Assembly: GCF_009914755.1 (NCBI RefSeq)
Contig: NC_060935.1
Reading direction: 5' to 3' (one strand)
DNA: 64,000 nt
Source of the DNA: the human T2T-CHM13v2.0 reference genome, Homo sapiens
Part shown: one piece after another, positions 63,272-64,000 of the stretch
Numbering within the stretch: position 1 is the first letter of the stretch
Layout: every line of letters begins with the position of its first letter
The notes under the pieces: model-generated
The model's database searches: none
Told to the model about the DNA's origin: nothing
What the model saw: only the letters and a program-made list of their open reading frames with translations
Translations under genes and position numbers: made by a program

Positions 63272-64000
63272 AGTGTGCATAGTATTTTTACTTTAAAATG
63301 TTGTGAAACTTAGCTTGTTAATTAAAAAGTCTGTGGATTCTACTTTTAAAAAATCTGGATTTCTATTTTCTTTTAAACAGGTAAAAATATCAAGAAATGC
63401 TGAGGCCCATGTCCCAGAACAACAGTCCTTTAGGTGGATCACACATTCTCCACTACACCAAGCTCTACTCAGTAAGTTTTGCTTCTTTGCACTTACCTGC
63501 CCAGCCCCTGTTGGTGACCAGGTTTGCAACATTTGCTCTGCGTGATCCAGTGGAGCAGAGAACTAGAGTTTGAAACTAAATCCTCATTTACATATACAAT
63601 TTTCTTGTGCACCTAAAAGGATAATAGATGGCTGGTAAAGAATGGGATTCAAAAATTCAGTATTCTGGGTCCAGGTCAACTTTTAATTTTTCCTCAGATC
63701 CGTTAGGCATGTGATGCATGCTGTAGGTAGCTCCTCTCCACTAAATTACCCGAGCATCCATGGGTGGATACTTCTTCCTTCTTCCTTCTCCCATGGTGCT
63801 CTGTCACCCTCCAGTGTGTTTCTCACCTACCTAGGTAAGAATGGTTCACACTATGTATCCAAGTTCCTGTTCATGGTGAGGAGGAAAGAGAGAAAGTAAA
63901 GAGGAAACAAATTGTATTTAAGGAGGTGGCTCAGCAGGTCTGCCTGTCACTTCCACTCTTGCTCCATTGGTGAGAGCTTAGTCACAAAGCATCGCTTAGC

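Overview
Hominid (most likely human) genomic DNA with no intact protein-coding gene, RNA gene or CRISPR array. The only gene-derived sequence is a disabled, intron-retaining (duplicated) copy of ENPEP (glutamyl aminopeptidase / aminopeptidase A) on the minus strand: promoter ~18085-18190, exon 1 coding part 17836->17163, a 17,073-bp intron, and exon 2 from 89 running off the left edge. Exon 1 has lost its ATG (CTG) and carries two nonsense codons, frameshifts and a 54-bp tandem duplication. A 2-bp deletion has created a new strong-Kozak ATG opening a 73-aa ORF that keeps the membrane anchor. The rest is transposon-rich: two divergent LTR12C solo LTRs, LTR8A, LTR5A, THE1/MST/MLT elements, a full-length dead L1PA5-like element, Alus, a Ricksha MULE inside an MLT2, and a 2.5-kb structured AT island. 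All four 5'-truncated young L1 insertions are inverted (twin priming), two carry 3' transductions, and one is only an antisense fragment plus poly(A). I found no convincing wholly new biological system. The best leads are the pseudogene micropeptide, possible LTR12C re-promoting of the pseudogene, and the L1 insertion architectures. ENPEP comparisons and repeat subfamily names come from remembered sequences, not database searches.
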